A DNA stretch of 64,000 bases, from assembly GCA_002269645.1 (NCBI GenBank), contig NIVC01001162.1, positions 1 through 64,000 of the forward strand. Reading direction: 5' to 3'. The translations under genes were made by a program, and so were the position numbers. Below, piece by piece: positions 10,761-24,140 of the stretch (positions are counted from its first letter, which is position 1; each line of letters starts with the position of its first letter). The DNA comes from Macrostomum lignano (taxonomy: Eukaryota). The notes under the pieces are model-generated. The model did no database searches. It saw nothing but the letters and a program-made list of their open reading frames with translations, and was not told where the DNA came from.

Positions 10761-12549
10761 TTAAACTTTATTTCTCTGGAATCCATAGAAACGCACTGGA
10801 AGCCGCACTCAGTTACGCGCTCAATTTCTTATCTCAAGTATGCAGTATATTAAACTGTCTCCATGGACAGTAGAGTACCATTTGCAAATGGTAGAGTATA
10901 TTATTTTATATGTTTATTTATACGAGTTACATTACGATACAATTGGCAACCGCTAACGTGGCACATAAGTGCTAATCATGAGAGTTGAATCATGTCTCTG
11001 GTCTTAGTATCTAATCTTATCGCTAGTCTATACTCCTTGATCTCACCTTGCCATTCTGAATTCATTGGTCCTATATATCCAATTTTATATTTTGTCTCTA
11101 ATCTGTAGTCTAAATGTATGTAATCCTTTAATCTAATATAATCTAATAGCTGCCAGGCAGCTCAGGCTTGAGTACGATTTTTCTAGCACCTGATTTCTAC
11201 GAAAGCACCCCATCGACATGGACTTTTTGTTGCAATCTTTTTTCAGTTTTAACATTTTTAGCCAACTGCTATGGTTGGTAACCATGATAAAAATTTGGCT
11301 CGTAAATAAATAACTCAATATAGTGAATTTGCATGCAGCACTTAGCATGAAGCCTCAGATTTATTTATGTAAATATCATTTGTACTACTCTTTATGCACT
11401 GCGGCAAATTTGCACAGATATGAGATGCATGTATTTTTCAGCAAGTACTGATACGCAAGGCTTCAATCAAAGTCTGACAATTCTGAAATCTTGTCAAATT
11501 AAGCCGAACCTCTAAATACATGTACAGATACAAGTCTGATACAAACAGAAGAGAGAAGAGATCAGATAGGAGAGATGAAAGAGGAGAAAGGAGAGATGAG
11601 AAAGCAGAGACGAGAAATGAGACAGTAGAGCTAGAACAGAGGAGAGAAGAGAGGGAAGAGATTATAGAGACGAGTGGAGAGAGAAGAGAAATATGTGAGA
11701 GCAGACATGAGAGACAATGGGATAAAAATGGAGTGAAGGAGAAAGGAGAATAAAGGGGGAGAATCCAGAGGACAGGAAGAGAGGGGAAGGGAGAGAAGAG
11801 AGATGAGAGGAAAAAGAAGAATGGAGAAGGGAAAGAGTAGAAAGGAGAAGAGAGATGGGAGAGCAGGAGAGATGAGAGGGAGGAGAGAGTAGAGAGGGGA
11901 GGTGAAAGAGTAAAGGGGAGAAAGTTGAGAGAAGAGTTGGGAGAGTTGGGAAAAAAGAAGAGAGATGTTAAAGGAGAGTACAGATGAGAGATGAGAGAGA
12001 GGAGATAAGACAAGAAATAAATAATAGGAGAGAGGGTCGAGATAATAGAGGAGAGAGAATTGAGAATTTCGCACTGACCTACAAGGTGCGAACAAACACG
12101 AGAAATCAAACTGAAATGTGCTAATTTTAACAGTCCTAGACTTCCATTGTTCCTACAAAATTTTAAACAGCGAGGCAGGACCTACTGCGGGGCAGACCCA
12201 TAGAATTTTTTCCGGTTTCCAAGATAATATTGACTTATAGGGAATAAACACATACCGTACGAGCTCAAATTTGAGCTCAAAGTTCGAGCTCAAATCCTAA
12301 ATATTTAAACATCGCCACATGAGCACAGAGTCACAACATAGTTTGAATATGATGGAAAGCGCACGTAAATAAGCGAAAAGCGGTATCCAACGGGGCAACA
12401 CAAGCAATCTTTCAATACGCTAATTGGGAAGGGATTAAGCAATCACGGGCTAACTTCCATTCTGCCACTCAGCGGGGGTCGAATGGGAGACTAACTCCTA
12501 ATAAATAAATTTTCTCAGTCCTATAATCTTTAATGGCATGACACGGCCT

Positions 12550-12753
12550 TCACACATGGGGCTCCAAGGCCTCCATGCTACTTCCAGTGATTTTTTTAGA
12601 ATAGTCTTTGGCTCTTAGCAAAGACAGCGCACTGCCCCCATCCACCAGAAGGTGGGTGGGCACATTCTTGATTGGATATTCTACAACAATATCTCTCCCA
12701 CGTTGCCTTCTAGCTGGCCTCAGCTGGTACAAGTCGGGCACTTTTTCAAACAT
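12550..12753 (-). mobile_element. Retropepsin-like (LTR retrotransposon protease) remnant
   Basis: PTHLLVDGGSALSLL resembles the LVD(T/S)GS/A aspartic protease motif. The fragment is isolated. Confidence 0.45.
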
Positions 12754-13379
12754 AGGCTTCTTTCCTATGTTTGCTATCTACGAGCTATCTTTTCTATCTT
12801 TCCTTCTTTCCTAAGGGGAGAGAGTGGAGACCAGAGATAAATAAGAAGAGAGAGCAAAGATGAAAGAGAAGAAAGGTGAGGGAAGATCGACGAGAGAAGA
12901 TGGGAGAGAGGAGATAGGAAAGAAGAGAAGAGAAGAGAGAGAGAGAAGAGAGAGAGAGGAAACAAAAGAGAAGATAGTTTCAAAGGATCCGAGGGACATA
13001 GAGAGAGACAGGAGGCCAGAGATTTTGCCGATACATGTTTTCGAAAGACAAGTTTTTGTTTGAGTATGACTTCAGATTTTAGAACTAGATATAAGCTGAG
13101 CTGAGAGAGAAGATGAAAGTAGAGGCTGAGAGTAGAGAGAGGCTGAGAGCAGAGAGGGGCTGAGAGTAGAGAGGGGCTGGGGATAGAGGTTGAAAGTGGA
13201 TAGAGGCTGAGAGTAGAGAGAGGCTGACAGTGGAGAGGCTGAGAATAGAGAGGTTGAGAGTAGATAAAGGCTGAGAGTAGAGAGGTTCAGAGTAGAGAGG
13301 CTAGTTCACGTTGTTCTCAATCCCATTCCACTATACATGTAGTTTTTATCTAATGTGACTAAGCCAGGTGCTTTTAGTG

Positions 13380-13400
13380 CAGGGGTTGGCAAACTTTTTA
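13380..13400. mobile_element. Isolated hAT-type terminus
   Basis: CAGGGGTTGGCAAACTTTTT resembles hAT/Charlie TIRs. No partner end was found. Confidence 0.3.
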
Positions 13401-15257
13401 CCTCGATTGAGAACCCAGCTCATGACTGCCCTTCTAGTCCGCTTCGTTGGCCCCCAAAGCGAAGCGAGGAGTCCTGATGACAGAGCGGGCCAGAGGTGAG
13501 GAGAGAGGGTAAGGAATAGAGAAGAGAAATACAAGCATAGGATAAAGGAGAGGCGAAGGAATAAAGGAGAAGAGAGTTGATGAGAGGAGAGATTATATAC
13601 GAGCGGAGAGAGAGGAGAAGGGAGATTAATGGAGAGGAGAAAGGAGGGAAGGGAGAAGAGAATGAAGAGGAAAAGGGAGATGATAGCAAAGAGGTGAGAA
13701 GAGAAGAGAGGATAGACATGAGGAGAAAGGAGAGGAGAGAGGTGAGGGCAGAGATGAGAGAGGAGAGGGCAGAGATGAGAGAGAGAAAAGATGAGAGGAG
13801 AGGGCAGACATGAGAGAGAGAATAGATGAGAGAGAGGCAAGAGATGAGAGAGAGAAAGATGATACAGGAGAGGGCAGAGATGAGAGAGAAAAGAGAGAAG
13901 AAGGCAGACATGAGAGAGAATAGATAAGAGAGGAGAGGGCAAGAGATGAGAGAGGAGAGGGCAGAGATGAGAGAGAGAGAGAGAGAAAAGATTAGAGACG
14001 AGAGGGCAGAAATGACAGAGAAAAGAAAAGAGACAAGAGTGCAGAGATGAGAGAAAAGATGAGAGACAAGAGGGCACTCCAATTTTTGCTTACTTCTATC
14101 ATAACTAATACCTTTACACTCTACCTTTAACTTTTAACATATACAAAAAACATGTCAGTTTTAGTATATTGAGATAGGTTTGAAACTATTATCCATGATA
14201 CAAAAATTAAATGTCTTGTGCTAGTAGTGCTACTAGCTTTAGTAGGTAGTAATACCTGCTGTAAAGGGAAGTGTTTTTTGTTTTACTTAGTCTAATTTCA
14301 CCAACGAAATCTGTTTTCTCCGAGACTTGAAGCTATGTCATACCCCACCCCAATCACAGCCAATAGGAAATGAGGAAATATATAGACCTATTCCTATCCA
14401 AGCAGCCATTCAGAGCTGTGGCCATCTTGGTGTGTGGCCATCTTGGTCATGCGCCGATATACTAGGCCTAAAATTTTCCAGCATAAAGGCACTTTCTGGA
14501 CCATGCCCATGGTGTCACTATGTGTCTAGACCCTAATCACTAGACAAATAACAATTGTCCATTATTTATTCTTTGGCTTGATACTGATAGCCCTAGCTTC
14601 TGCTTGATAGCCACTAATTATACCTACTACAACAAGAAAAGGAAATTAAGTACACTGCACCAGCTATGAAACTTTTTTGATCCTATATTTCTCTGTATAG
14701 AAAGCCTACTAGACTAAGCCTAAGCCTAAAGCTGACTTATAAATATAGTTGCAAAGCAAAGATTTGGACTGTTCTGGTTTTATTAGATTTTTTAAATATT
14801 TATATATACATAATAAGTGGAAAAAAGAGCCAACAATGACACATTGACCAGTCCATAGAAATCGGTTTAATATTGTAGAAAAAAGTTAGGCATAGGCCAG
14901 GCGGCTATATAAGATTTGTGAAAACTATTAAAACTATGTGATTTTTTACATACATGTAAAATAATTTCGGCAAATACCTAGGTAAAATTGTACGACAAAC
15001 ACTCACATGGATTGATATTGACATGACACGCCAGAATACATTAGGCCTATCATCGCCCCCTTTTTACGCAGATTTCCTGAATCTTAGAAAAAAAAGTTAA
15101 GCAGATCGTTAAACAAAATCCTATCAACGGAGTTAAAGTTAAGTCAATTATTATCATAAAAAAAGCGAAAAAGCACTGGCTTTTGTAGTATTTTTATTAC
15201 CTAAGATTTGGTGTTTCAACTTTTGAACTACTTTTTATTGTGTAAAAGTAAAAATAT

Positions 15258-16111
15258 GGGTGCGTTCGAGTGACTTAAAATGACTTAAACTGCCATTTTA
15301 ACGTCCTTAGTAAAACAAATGTTAAGCAGACTAAATGTAAAAATAATCTAGGTAAATGATAGTCAAATTACAATTAAGAATTAATTCAATTTCTAAAACC
15401 GGTCTAAGATTAAAAAACGTCACCTATACTTCTTCCAACTCAACCTGAACGCCTAGGCACCGTTTTAACTTCGCTCGCAATTACCACATTTAATCGTAAT
15501 TGAATATTTTGTATTCTTCACCTTTGTTCTATCATTTGCTTTCACGTCCTTTTGCTCAGTTCGCTGCCCGTCATTATAGTCTTTGAATAATTGCTTAGTA
15601 CTAATATTGTTTATTTATTAATTTTTATTACATAGTAGTTTATTTGGACTTGGAATATAGTCACTATTATTGTTGCTACTGTTATTATTTTTCTATTGGA
15701 GTTTTGTACTTTTTCAGCTTGGTTCTTATTCTTCAATATAGTATCTGAGTGAACTTCATGTTATAGTTTACTAAGCAATTATTCAAAGACTATTTTGACG
15801 GGCAGCGAAGTGAGCAAAAAGACGTGAAAGCAAATGATAGAACAAAGGTGAAGAATACAAAATATTCAATTACGATTAAATGTGGTAATTGCGAGCGAAG
15901 TTAAAACGGTGCCTAGGCGTTCAGGTTGAGTTGGAAGAAGTATAGGTGACGTTTTTTAATCTTAGACCGGTTTTAGAAATTGAATTAATTCTTAATTGTT
16001 ATTTGACTATCATTTACCTAGATTATTTTTACATTTAGTCTGCTTAACATTTGTTTTACTAAGGACGTTAAAATGGCAGTTTAAGTCATTTTAAGTCACT
16101 CGAACGCACCC
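15258..16111. mobile_element. PIF/Harbinger-like foldback MITE, 854 bp, with near-perfect inverted arms of about 340 bp
   Basis: GGGTGCGTTCGAGTGAC... and ...GTCACTCGAACGCACCC. Arms span about 15258-15600 and 15769-16111, and TAT flanks both ends (3-bp TSD). Confidence 0.85.
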
Positions 16112-16385
16112 TATATATTTTTTAATTTAACTGTTAGTTGTGCTTTTTTCAAGCGTCTTGCGTTTCTCTAGTTATAAACTGGCTATAAGAATTTTTTTCA
16201 AGCTTTTGCCTAAAATAATAAATTAGGCCCAAGTGTTGTGTTACATTATTCATTGCACAAGTCTACTACTAACTAATTACTACACAGCTATTGTTTTCAG
16301 TTTTAGATAGGCCTACCTACTATCCCTACTATTTACTATTTACAAGTCAAGATAAATTTATATATTTTAACTGTTGATTTGAAGA

Positions 16386-19300
16386 ATGGCTAACTTTGAT
16401 GGATTCTTGAGGACACAGTTGTCATCAGTAAGTGCTTAATTATTGGTATATAATTTATTAAATTATCAATCATTCTATTGATTAATTTAGTGAGTTGGTG
16501 CCTAGACCCTAATGGTCCTAACCTTAACCTATAAAGGCTATCCTAGACCTAGGGTGCCATTTTGTCAAGACTATATTACTGTTAGTCTCATAGTATGCTA
16601 TGCCATATGTAGTCAAAATTATCATATTCAAAATTGTCATATAATGATGATGACTTGACCAAATCTGTATGACCTAAGCATTTATAAATTCGATGACTTC
16701 AACCAAATGCAAAGGCAAGGCCAAGGACATATTATTGTTATTATTATTACAAAATATTTATTACAATATTAAATTGTATTTGTTATTTATTGCAAAATAA
16801 ATTTAGAATTTTTAAACTTTGAAACAAAACTTTTAATAGTAGCATAGCTCTGTATCTGTTTGAAATTATATGAAAATCATCTCTTGAGATCATATAACTA
16901 AACTATTATACATTATATAGAGTATACTAATGCAATGTATATGTATAACTAAGAAACATTTGGATTGCCTTGGCCAAAAGACTTATTTAATTTGATTCTT
17001 TTTTATTTATTTATATATGATTTTGATGACTCATTTAATACTAAATAGTAGTATAAATAAGTCTTAAAGTTAGATCATTTTATTGGCAAACAATGTTGCT
17101 ATAAGCTAAGATCATTGTGTAGCCAATACAATACAACATGACAATTTAATGAATATAGCATTATCTAAAACTGAGGTATATATAATTTAATATATCTTTG
17201 GCTAATCAGTTTTTTGACATTAAACCAACATTAAAATGTATATATAGGAAAGAAGTGGCTGTATACTAGATGACAAATAAAATGGGATGGCTGGCCAAGG
17301 TGTAAGGAATAAGTGAGTCATGATGCTAAATCATGTCATTTGCTTAATTTTTTTATTTATATTAACTTAGCTATATACATTTAAACATTGGTTTAACTTT
17401 GATAACTTTGGTCAAAGTTATTTATATACTAAGACAATGACAAGTTAGATACTTTAGTTGTTTTTATTTTATGCTATATATAACAATCTCAAATAGGACA
17501 AATTAAGGTGGAACCCTATGTTATTCCTAGAATAAAACTATGCACATGTTCCCCTATTAGAATAAATGTAGAAAACCTATTGACACACAACACAGGGTCT
17601 AAAATTGTAGTTTAAAAATGTGACAACACAGAACACGTTAACTGAATACATGCATAGTACTAATTAGATAATGAGGCATTTAGCCTTAATAAGACAATCA
17701 TAGTTACTCTTGCCACTTACCCAAAAACTATACCATGCCGCAACACCACCTGCCTTAATTCTAGCCGCAATGTGACACTAGAAAATTTCAAAATCATGAT
17801 AGTCAAACACATTTTGTCCACTTATTCCAATAGGGACATGTTCTTGGAATAGCATATAAGTCATACATGCGCAACAGTCGGCCGAGTCGGCCGATCGGGC
17901 CGACCGATTTGGCGGCCAACCAAGGAAGTCGCAAAAATGCCCACCCGAAAAAACACCAAGTAGTAGTACTAAGTAGCTGACGAGGCATTTTGGCTTTATA
18001 AGACTGTTATAGTTACTCCTGCCGTTTACCCAAAGTTGCGTTAATTTTGCTTTCGGGTTTTTTACATGTAAGTCGCATTTTTGGCCAAAAACTACGTCGC
18101 ATTTTTGTTAAAACTAAGTCGCACGGCCGACCAAATTTTGGAGGTTGCGCATGTATGATATAAGTGGTACACTAGCTAAAATAGTCTTAACTCTATGCTG
18201 GCATAAATTAAAAAAATTATACCAAGCATAAAGTTGTTTATTTGCCAACTTTTTTTAAAGAATATATTTTAAAAAAACTTAGTTTTACTAAATTTAATAT
18301 GTCAATTTTTTGCTAGAAATTATTATTCTATTTTACTTATGTTTTCCTCATTAGTTGCATTATTATTATTTTCATTTTTTGTTTCCAATTACTTTAAAAG
18401 AGCTTTCCCTGTTGATATTTAACTACTCTAAATACACTAAGCCTAGACTTGGCTATTATTTGTATATCAACTGTGTATACTAATTTTAAACTTTTAATAA
18501 TTCTACATGCCAAGATTATTAATCAATGTTCTATTTCTACTTTTTCTATTCAACTAAAGCAGCCTATTATCTTTACCTGATCATGCTAATGTAAACTTTT
18601 GTTCCAATTTTTATCTATGAAAATTTGGGTTTTCGATTGGCTATTTGGTACCCAGTATATCCTAGTGAAAGTTTGCAAAGCTTTGGAAGTTGATTGAAAG
18701 TTGGCATAGCATGCTGTAACTGTAGCTATGCTGAATGATGGAGCACTAATGCTCGGCTTCATCCAACGCAGTCATTGGCTAAGCGCACAATTACAAACCC
18801 GCGCCCCCGGCTCGCAGAACTATAAGCACCCGGAGCCAGCCAGGCGCGACTTGGCCAATGCTCTGCACGAATACCGCGACCTCCGGCCGACAACCGAGTC
18901 CTTCACCTTCTCCAACGGCGAGACCCGCCAGCTGCTGGCCCTCAGCGGCACCATCCCCGTGGTGCACAAGGGCAGCACCTACAACATACCCGTGTGCCTG
19001 TACATGCAGTACAACGCCCCATACGATGCGCCATTGGTGTACGTCAGGCCAACAGCCTCCATGGAGATTCGCGTCAGCCAATACGTAGATAGCAACGGCC
19101 GGATTTACATGCCCTACCTGAGCTCCTGGACTCATCCGCAATCTGATTTAGTTGGATTAATCCAGATGCTGCAGATACAGTTTGGCGACACTCCACCCGT
19201 TGTGTCCCGGATGGCGCGCCAGGCCGCCCCGGTGACCCCCATGGCTCAGCAGCAGCACCAGCAGCCGGTTTCAGCGGCCGGAGGCGGCTATGGCTGGGGC

Positions 19301-21654
19301 GCCGGCTACGGTTGGCAGCAGCCGCCTCTGCCGCCGCAGCAGCAGCAGCAACAGCAGCCGCAGTCAACTGGAACAAGGCAGGATTATCAGGAGGAAGCCA
19401 TGAGGATGTCCGTGCTAACGGCTGCCGAGGATAAGGTGGATATTTGAATCATTTTGAGACTGTTCTCCCAGATCCCCATATGCAATTAGCAAGATGTTAT
19501 CCCAGTATTCCCCCAGATCCCCATATGCCATCGGCAAGATTTTATCCCAGTATCCCCCCAGATCCCCATATGCAATGGGCGAGATTTATCCCAGTATTCC
19601 CCCAGATCCCCATATGCAATGGGCGAGATTTATCCCAGTATTCCCCCAGATCCCCATATGCAATGGGCGAGATTTATCCCAGTATTCCCCCAGATCCGCA
19701 TATGCAATGGGCGAGATTTATCCCAGTATTCCCCCAGATCCGCATATGCAATGGGCGAGATTTATCCCAGTATTCCCCCAGATCCCTATATGCAATGGGC
19801 GAGATTTATCCCAGTATTCCCCCAGATCCGCATATGCAATGGGCGAGATTTATCCCAGTATTCCCCCAGATCCGCATATGCAATGGGCGAGATTTATCCC
19901 AGTATTCCCGCAGATCCCTATATGCAATGAGCAAGATTAGATCCCCTTAGATTAGATCCCCTTTAGATTCCCTATAATAAATTTCCATAGATCCCCATAT
20001 GCAATCAACAAAGCACTAGCGGTACAGTGAACAGCTGTCTTCAGGTGTCAATTCGCACATCTCGAATCGCCGATTCCAATCGTAGGTTCGCCGTCGCTAC
20101 AGCGAGAAACGAGCCCAGCTAGAAGCCGAGCTCGACGTTGTTCGTCGCACCGGGCAGGATCTGCGAGAAGGTCGGGAGAAGCTGGAAAAGCTGTTGAGGG
20201 GCCTGGAGACGGAGCTGCAATCGGTGGGAGACTACACCACCCGCCTGCGCCAGGCCAACAGCCAGGCCGAGGAGATGCTCACCCAGATGGCCGCTCAGGA
20301 GTCCGTCGGAGTTGACGAAGCGATCGACGCCACGGCGCCGCTCTACAGGCAGATTGTTCGCTGCTACGCCGAGGAGCAGGCGCTGGAGGACACGATCTTC
20401 GCACTGGGCGACGCGCTGCGCAAAGGCTGCGTTGATATCGACTCGTACTTAAAGGCAAGCCGCCGCCGTTCCTGTCCCGCCCTTCCAATGAGGGTTGGAA
20501 GTTGGAAGCAAGATCACTGAAGGGTCTGAGGGTTTCACCAGCGGGCCCTGATAGATTAGATGGAAGGGGTAGAAGCGGGCTCTACAAGATCATAGGGTCC
20601 CTGAAAGATAGGAGGGTTGGGATTGAAGCTGGTGCCTGGGGGATAGGAGGGTTGGGATTGAAGCTGGTGCCTGAAGGATAAGGAGGGTTGGGATTGAAGT
20701 CGGTGCCTGGGGGATAGGAGGGTTGGGATTTTTAAGCCGGTGCCTGGGGGATAGGAGGGTTGGGATTGAAGCTGGTGCCTGAAGGATAAGGAGGGTTGGG
20801 ATTGAAGTCGGTGCCTGGGGGATAGGAGGGTTGGGATTGAAGCCGGTGCCTGGGGGATAGGAGGGTTGGGATTGAAGCTGGTGCCTGAAGGATAAGGAGG
20901 GTTGGGATTGAAGTCGGTGCCTGGGGGATAGGAGGGTTGGGATTTTTAAGCCGGTGCCTGGGGGATAGGAGGGTTGGGATTGAAGCTGGTGCCTGAAGGA
21001 TAAGGAGGGTTGGGATTGAAGTCGGTGCCTGGGGGATAGGAGGGTTGGGATTGAAGCCGGTGCCTGGGGGATAGGAGGGTTGGGATTGAAGCTGGTGCCT
21101 GAGGGATAGGAGGGTTGGGATTGAAGCCGGTGCCTGGGGGATAGGAGGGTTGGGATTGAAGCTGGTGCCTGAGGGATAGGAGGGTTGGGATTGAAGCTGG
21201 TGCCTGAGGGATAGGAGGGTTGGGATTGAAGCTGGTGCCTGAGGGATAGGAGGGTTGGGATTGAAGCTGGTGCCTGAGGGATAAGGAGGGTTGGGATTGA
21301 AGCTGGTGCCTGAGGGATAGGAGGGTTGGGATTGAAGCTGGTGCCTGAGGGATAGGAGGGTTGGGATTGAAGCTGGTGCCTGAAGGATAAGGAGGGTTGG
21401 GATTGAAGCCGGTGCCTGGGGGATAGGAGGGTTGGGATTGAAAGATAGGAGGGCGGGCTTGAAGGATAGGAGGGCGGTGGCCAGTCGTTTCTGAACGGGC
21501 AGCAATAGCAATTCAGTAGCAACCAGCAGCTGCTAATTACCCTGATGTCGCCAACCCGACATTGCAGACGATTCGCGAGTTGAGCAGGCGCCAATTTCTT
21601 CTGCGAGCAACTGTACAGATGGGCCGGCAGAAGGCCGGCTTGCCAGATATGTGA
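16386..21654 (+). CDS. TSG101: TSG101/Vps23 (ESCRT-I); exons 16386-16427, 18818-19435, 20086-20454 and 21568-21654
   Basis: MANFDGFLRTQLSS|NYKHPE...GTIPVVHKGSTYNIPVC (UEV domain), Pro/Gln-rich linker, coiled coil, and Steadiness box PLYRQIVRCYAEEQALEDTIFAL...DSYLK|TIRELSRRQFLLRA. All junctions are phase 0. Confidence 0.95.
17862..18157. mobile_element. MITE with 14-bp TIR CATACATGCGCAAC and 8-bp TSD ATATAAGT
   Basis: Perfect TIRs and an exact 8-bp duplication. It is the same family as 28035-28312. Confidence 0.9.
19468..19928. repeat. 44-bp minisatellite, about 10 copies, TSG101 intron 2
   Basis: GATCCCCATATGCAATGGGCGAGATTTATCCCAGTATTCCCCCA units. Confidence 0.97.
20605..21450. repeat. 35-36-bp G-rich minisatellite, about 23 copies, TSG101 intron 3
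   Basis: GATAGGAGGGTTGGGATTGAAGCTGGTGCCTGGGG units. Confidence 0.97.
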
Positions 21655-22944
21655 AGCGTAACACTGCGGTTGCTTCTTTCATATTTTTTTTGCTGGACGT
21701 AACGACAGTTTTATATCTGACTGATTTGCAGCCGGTGTCAATGCTAGATGTAATTTTGTACTTTAGCCACCTCGATATGGACAGTCGAGCGATAATTACA
21801 TGCATTGGCTTGTACTCGTATTATTCAGCAGTTGCTGCCTTAATTAATCTGCAGTGCTGATTTTTCTGAGAATCTGCCATTCGTGTGATGATCTGGGGGA
21901 CCAGCTAGCGAACATGTGCCTACAGTATGGCTTTGTAGTTAGGCTCAATCACGGATACTAGAAGAACTAGATGTACCACTCAACACATTTGCGTGTAAGC
22001 TACTTTCAGTTCAGTAGTTAGTTAAACAGAAGCATTTTGATGTATTTTTTAAAGCCAAGGCTCAACTTATTGGCTCTTCCCCCAGCTTAAACCTTCCAAC
22101 CGCGCCTTTCTACACTACCCAATTTTTATTGCCGTTCTGGGAATTCCAACCTAAAGCTGCCATGTACATTTCAGTGGCTAATGTACATTATGGCTGAACC
22201 AATTAGCAAGTTGTTTACGCCTGCAGGAGGGTTCTAAACTTATCAGTCATCGCAGCTGCCGTTATTTCATAAAATAGCTTATTATTCTTCTTTGCTACTG
22301 AACTGAAAGTAGAAAGCCGTTTTGCTAACTATATGTGCCTGAGCGGCGCATCTAGTTATTTTAGTATCAGATACAATTTTGGCTCAATAAGGAATTTAAA
22401 AAGTGTGCAGAAGCGACCTTACAGTCTCGTGTGGCTCAGCTCTCACCTATTGCAGCGCTAATGCCTGCCCAATACTTACAGACAGTTCCTATATGCAGTT
22501 ATTATTTGCGCAAAATGCTTAAAGATTTTTTGTATTTTGAAAATAATTGGCCCGCTATTATTTTGCCTAAATGTGTGAGTAGTAAATGCAGTGCATGCAA
22601 GCGTTTCCTTTGTTTGCAAAAATTGTTTAACCGAAACTGATTATCAATACTAAACTGCACTCTATTTAGATTACGGCATATAATCACTCGCAGGCTAAGA
22701 AGCTCTTTAATTTTTTTGTTTCTAAGTTTCTGTTTATCCAAGCTCACGCCCAAAGCAATGCTCATTGCTTATCTTGTCTTTTTCAAGCACTTTGCCCTAT
22801 TCTGCTACACATTACCGTTTTCACTTAAAAGCCATTGGCTTTTGTTGTCTATTATCTATCGAACTGCATTGTGTACCCACTCACGTACAAAACAATTAAT
22901 ATTCTACAGGAAAGAAGCTCCTAAAATATACTTCTCGTAACCAT

Positions 22945-23290
22945 CATTCTAGGGGAATCCAACTGATCACTTTTTTTGGCAAGTGGAAGCTTTTTAACAC
23001 TCAAGGTCAAGCTGAACTGCCACCTAATCATATTCTAGGGGAATCCAACTGATCACGTTTTTGGCAAGTGCATGGAACGTGGAAGCTTTTCAACACTCAA
23101 GGTTAAGCTGAACTGCCACCCAATCATATTCTAGGGGAATCCAACTGATCACGTTTTTGGCAAGTGGAAGCTTTTCAACACTCAAGGTCAAGCTGAACTG
23201 CCAACCAATCATATTCTAGGGGAACCCAATTAAACACGGTTTCAGAAAGTGGAAGCTTTCCAACACTCAAGATCAAGCTGAGCTGCCAAC
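22945..23290. repeat. Degenerate tandem repeat of about 84 bp, about 4 copies
   Basis: ATTCTAGGGGAATCCAACTGATCAC...ACACTCAAGGTCAAGCTGAACTGCC recurs. Confidence 0.9.
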
Positions 23291-23781
23291 CAGTCATAAT
23301 TTAAAGGAACCGAACCGATCATTTGTCGAATACTTTGCAATATTGTTACCAATATTCAATGTCGAAAATATGTTTTGTAGCGAATCATTCCTAACATGCT
23401 GATGACTGAGTAGTTTTGTTCAGTCGAAATTTTCTATAAATCAACTGTTTCTGAAAATTGCCGCATCGTCTTCTGTCTGTAAGTAGTGTAATAAAAATAT
23501 TTAACTGCTATTTCCTACGCTTTCGTTGTAAATTTGTCGCAAAAATTGCGCAAAAAATTTTTTTCAACCTGCAAGTTTTAAATTTTTTTGAATATTTCGC
23601 TTCGTGACTGCCATTAAAATTTAGGTCTTCATTAAATAACTGACTAAAAGCAGAGTAAAAATACAGATACCCATGATAACTTGTTAAAAAGAGATATTTA
23701 AGCCTCTTGTTAATATTCACGGCTGGATTTCTTACATTTGACTTCGTGTAACTTTACTAAGATAGATGCATGTAATTTTAA

Positions 23782-24140
23782 GCCAGCCAGTTAGGGCAGG
23801 AGGGGCACAGGGTACCAGCCCAGTTAGGGCAGGAGGGGCACAGGGTACCAGCCCAGTTAGGGCAGGAGGGGCACAGGGTACCAGCCCAGTTAGGGCAGGA
23901 GGGGCACAGGGTACCAGCCCAGTTAGGGCAGGAGGGGCACAGGGTACCAGCCCAGTTGGGGAAGGAGGGGCACAGGGTGCCAGCCCAGTTAGGGCAGGAG
24001 GGGCACAGGGTACCAGCCCAGTTAGGGCAGGAGGGGCACAGGGTACCAGCCCAGTTAGGGCAGGAGGGGCACAGGGTACCAGCCCAGTTGGGGAAGGAGG
24101 GGCACAGGGTGCCAGCCCAGTTAGGGCAGGAGGGGCACAG
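23782..24140. repeat. 33-bp minisatellite, about 11 copies
   Basis: CAGCCCAGTTAGGGCAGGAGGGGCACAGGGTAC units. Confidence 0.97.

Larger units (their letters stand above)
11540..14075. repeat. Three GA-rich low-complexity tracts (about 11540-12060, 12820-13310, 13500-14075)
   Basis: Polypurine composition. The Leu/Ser-rich and Glu/Arg-rich ORFs here are artefacts of it. Confidence 0.9.

Noticed and set aside
11438-14082. Long Leu/Ser-rich and Glu/Arg-rich ORFs, and the ORFs over the arrays at 8.5, 19.5, 20.6, 23.8, 35.9, 45.4 and 58.4 kb
   Set aside because: Translations of low-complexity or tandem-repeat DNA.
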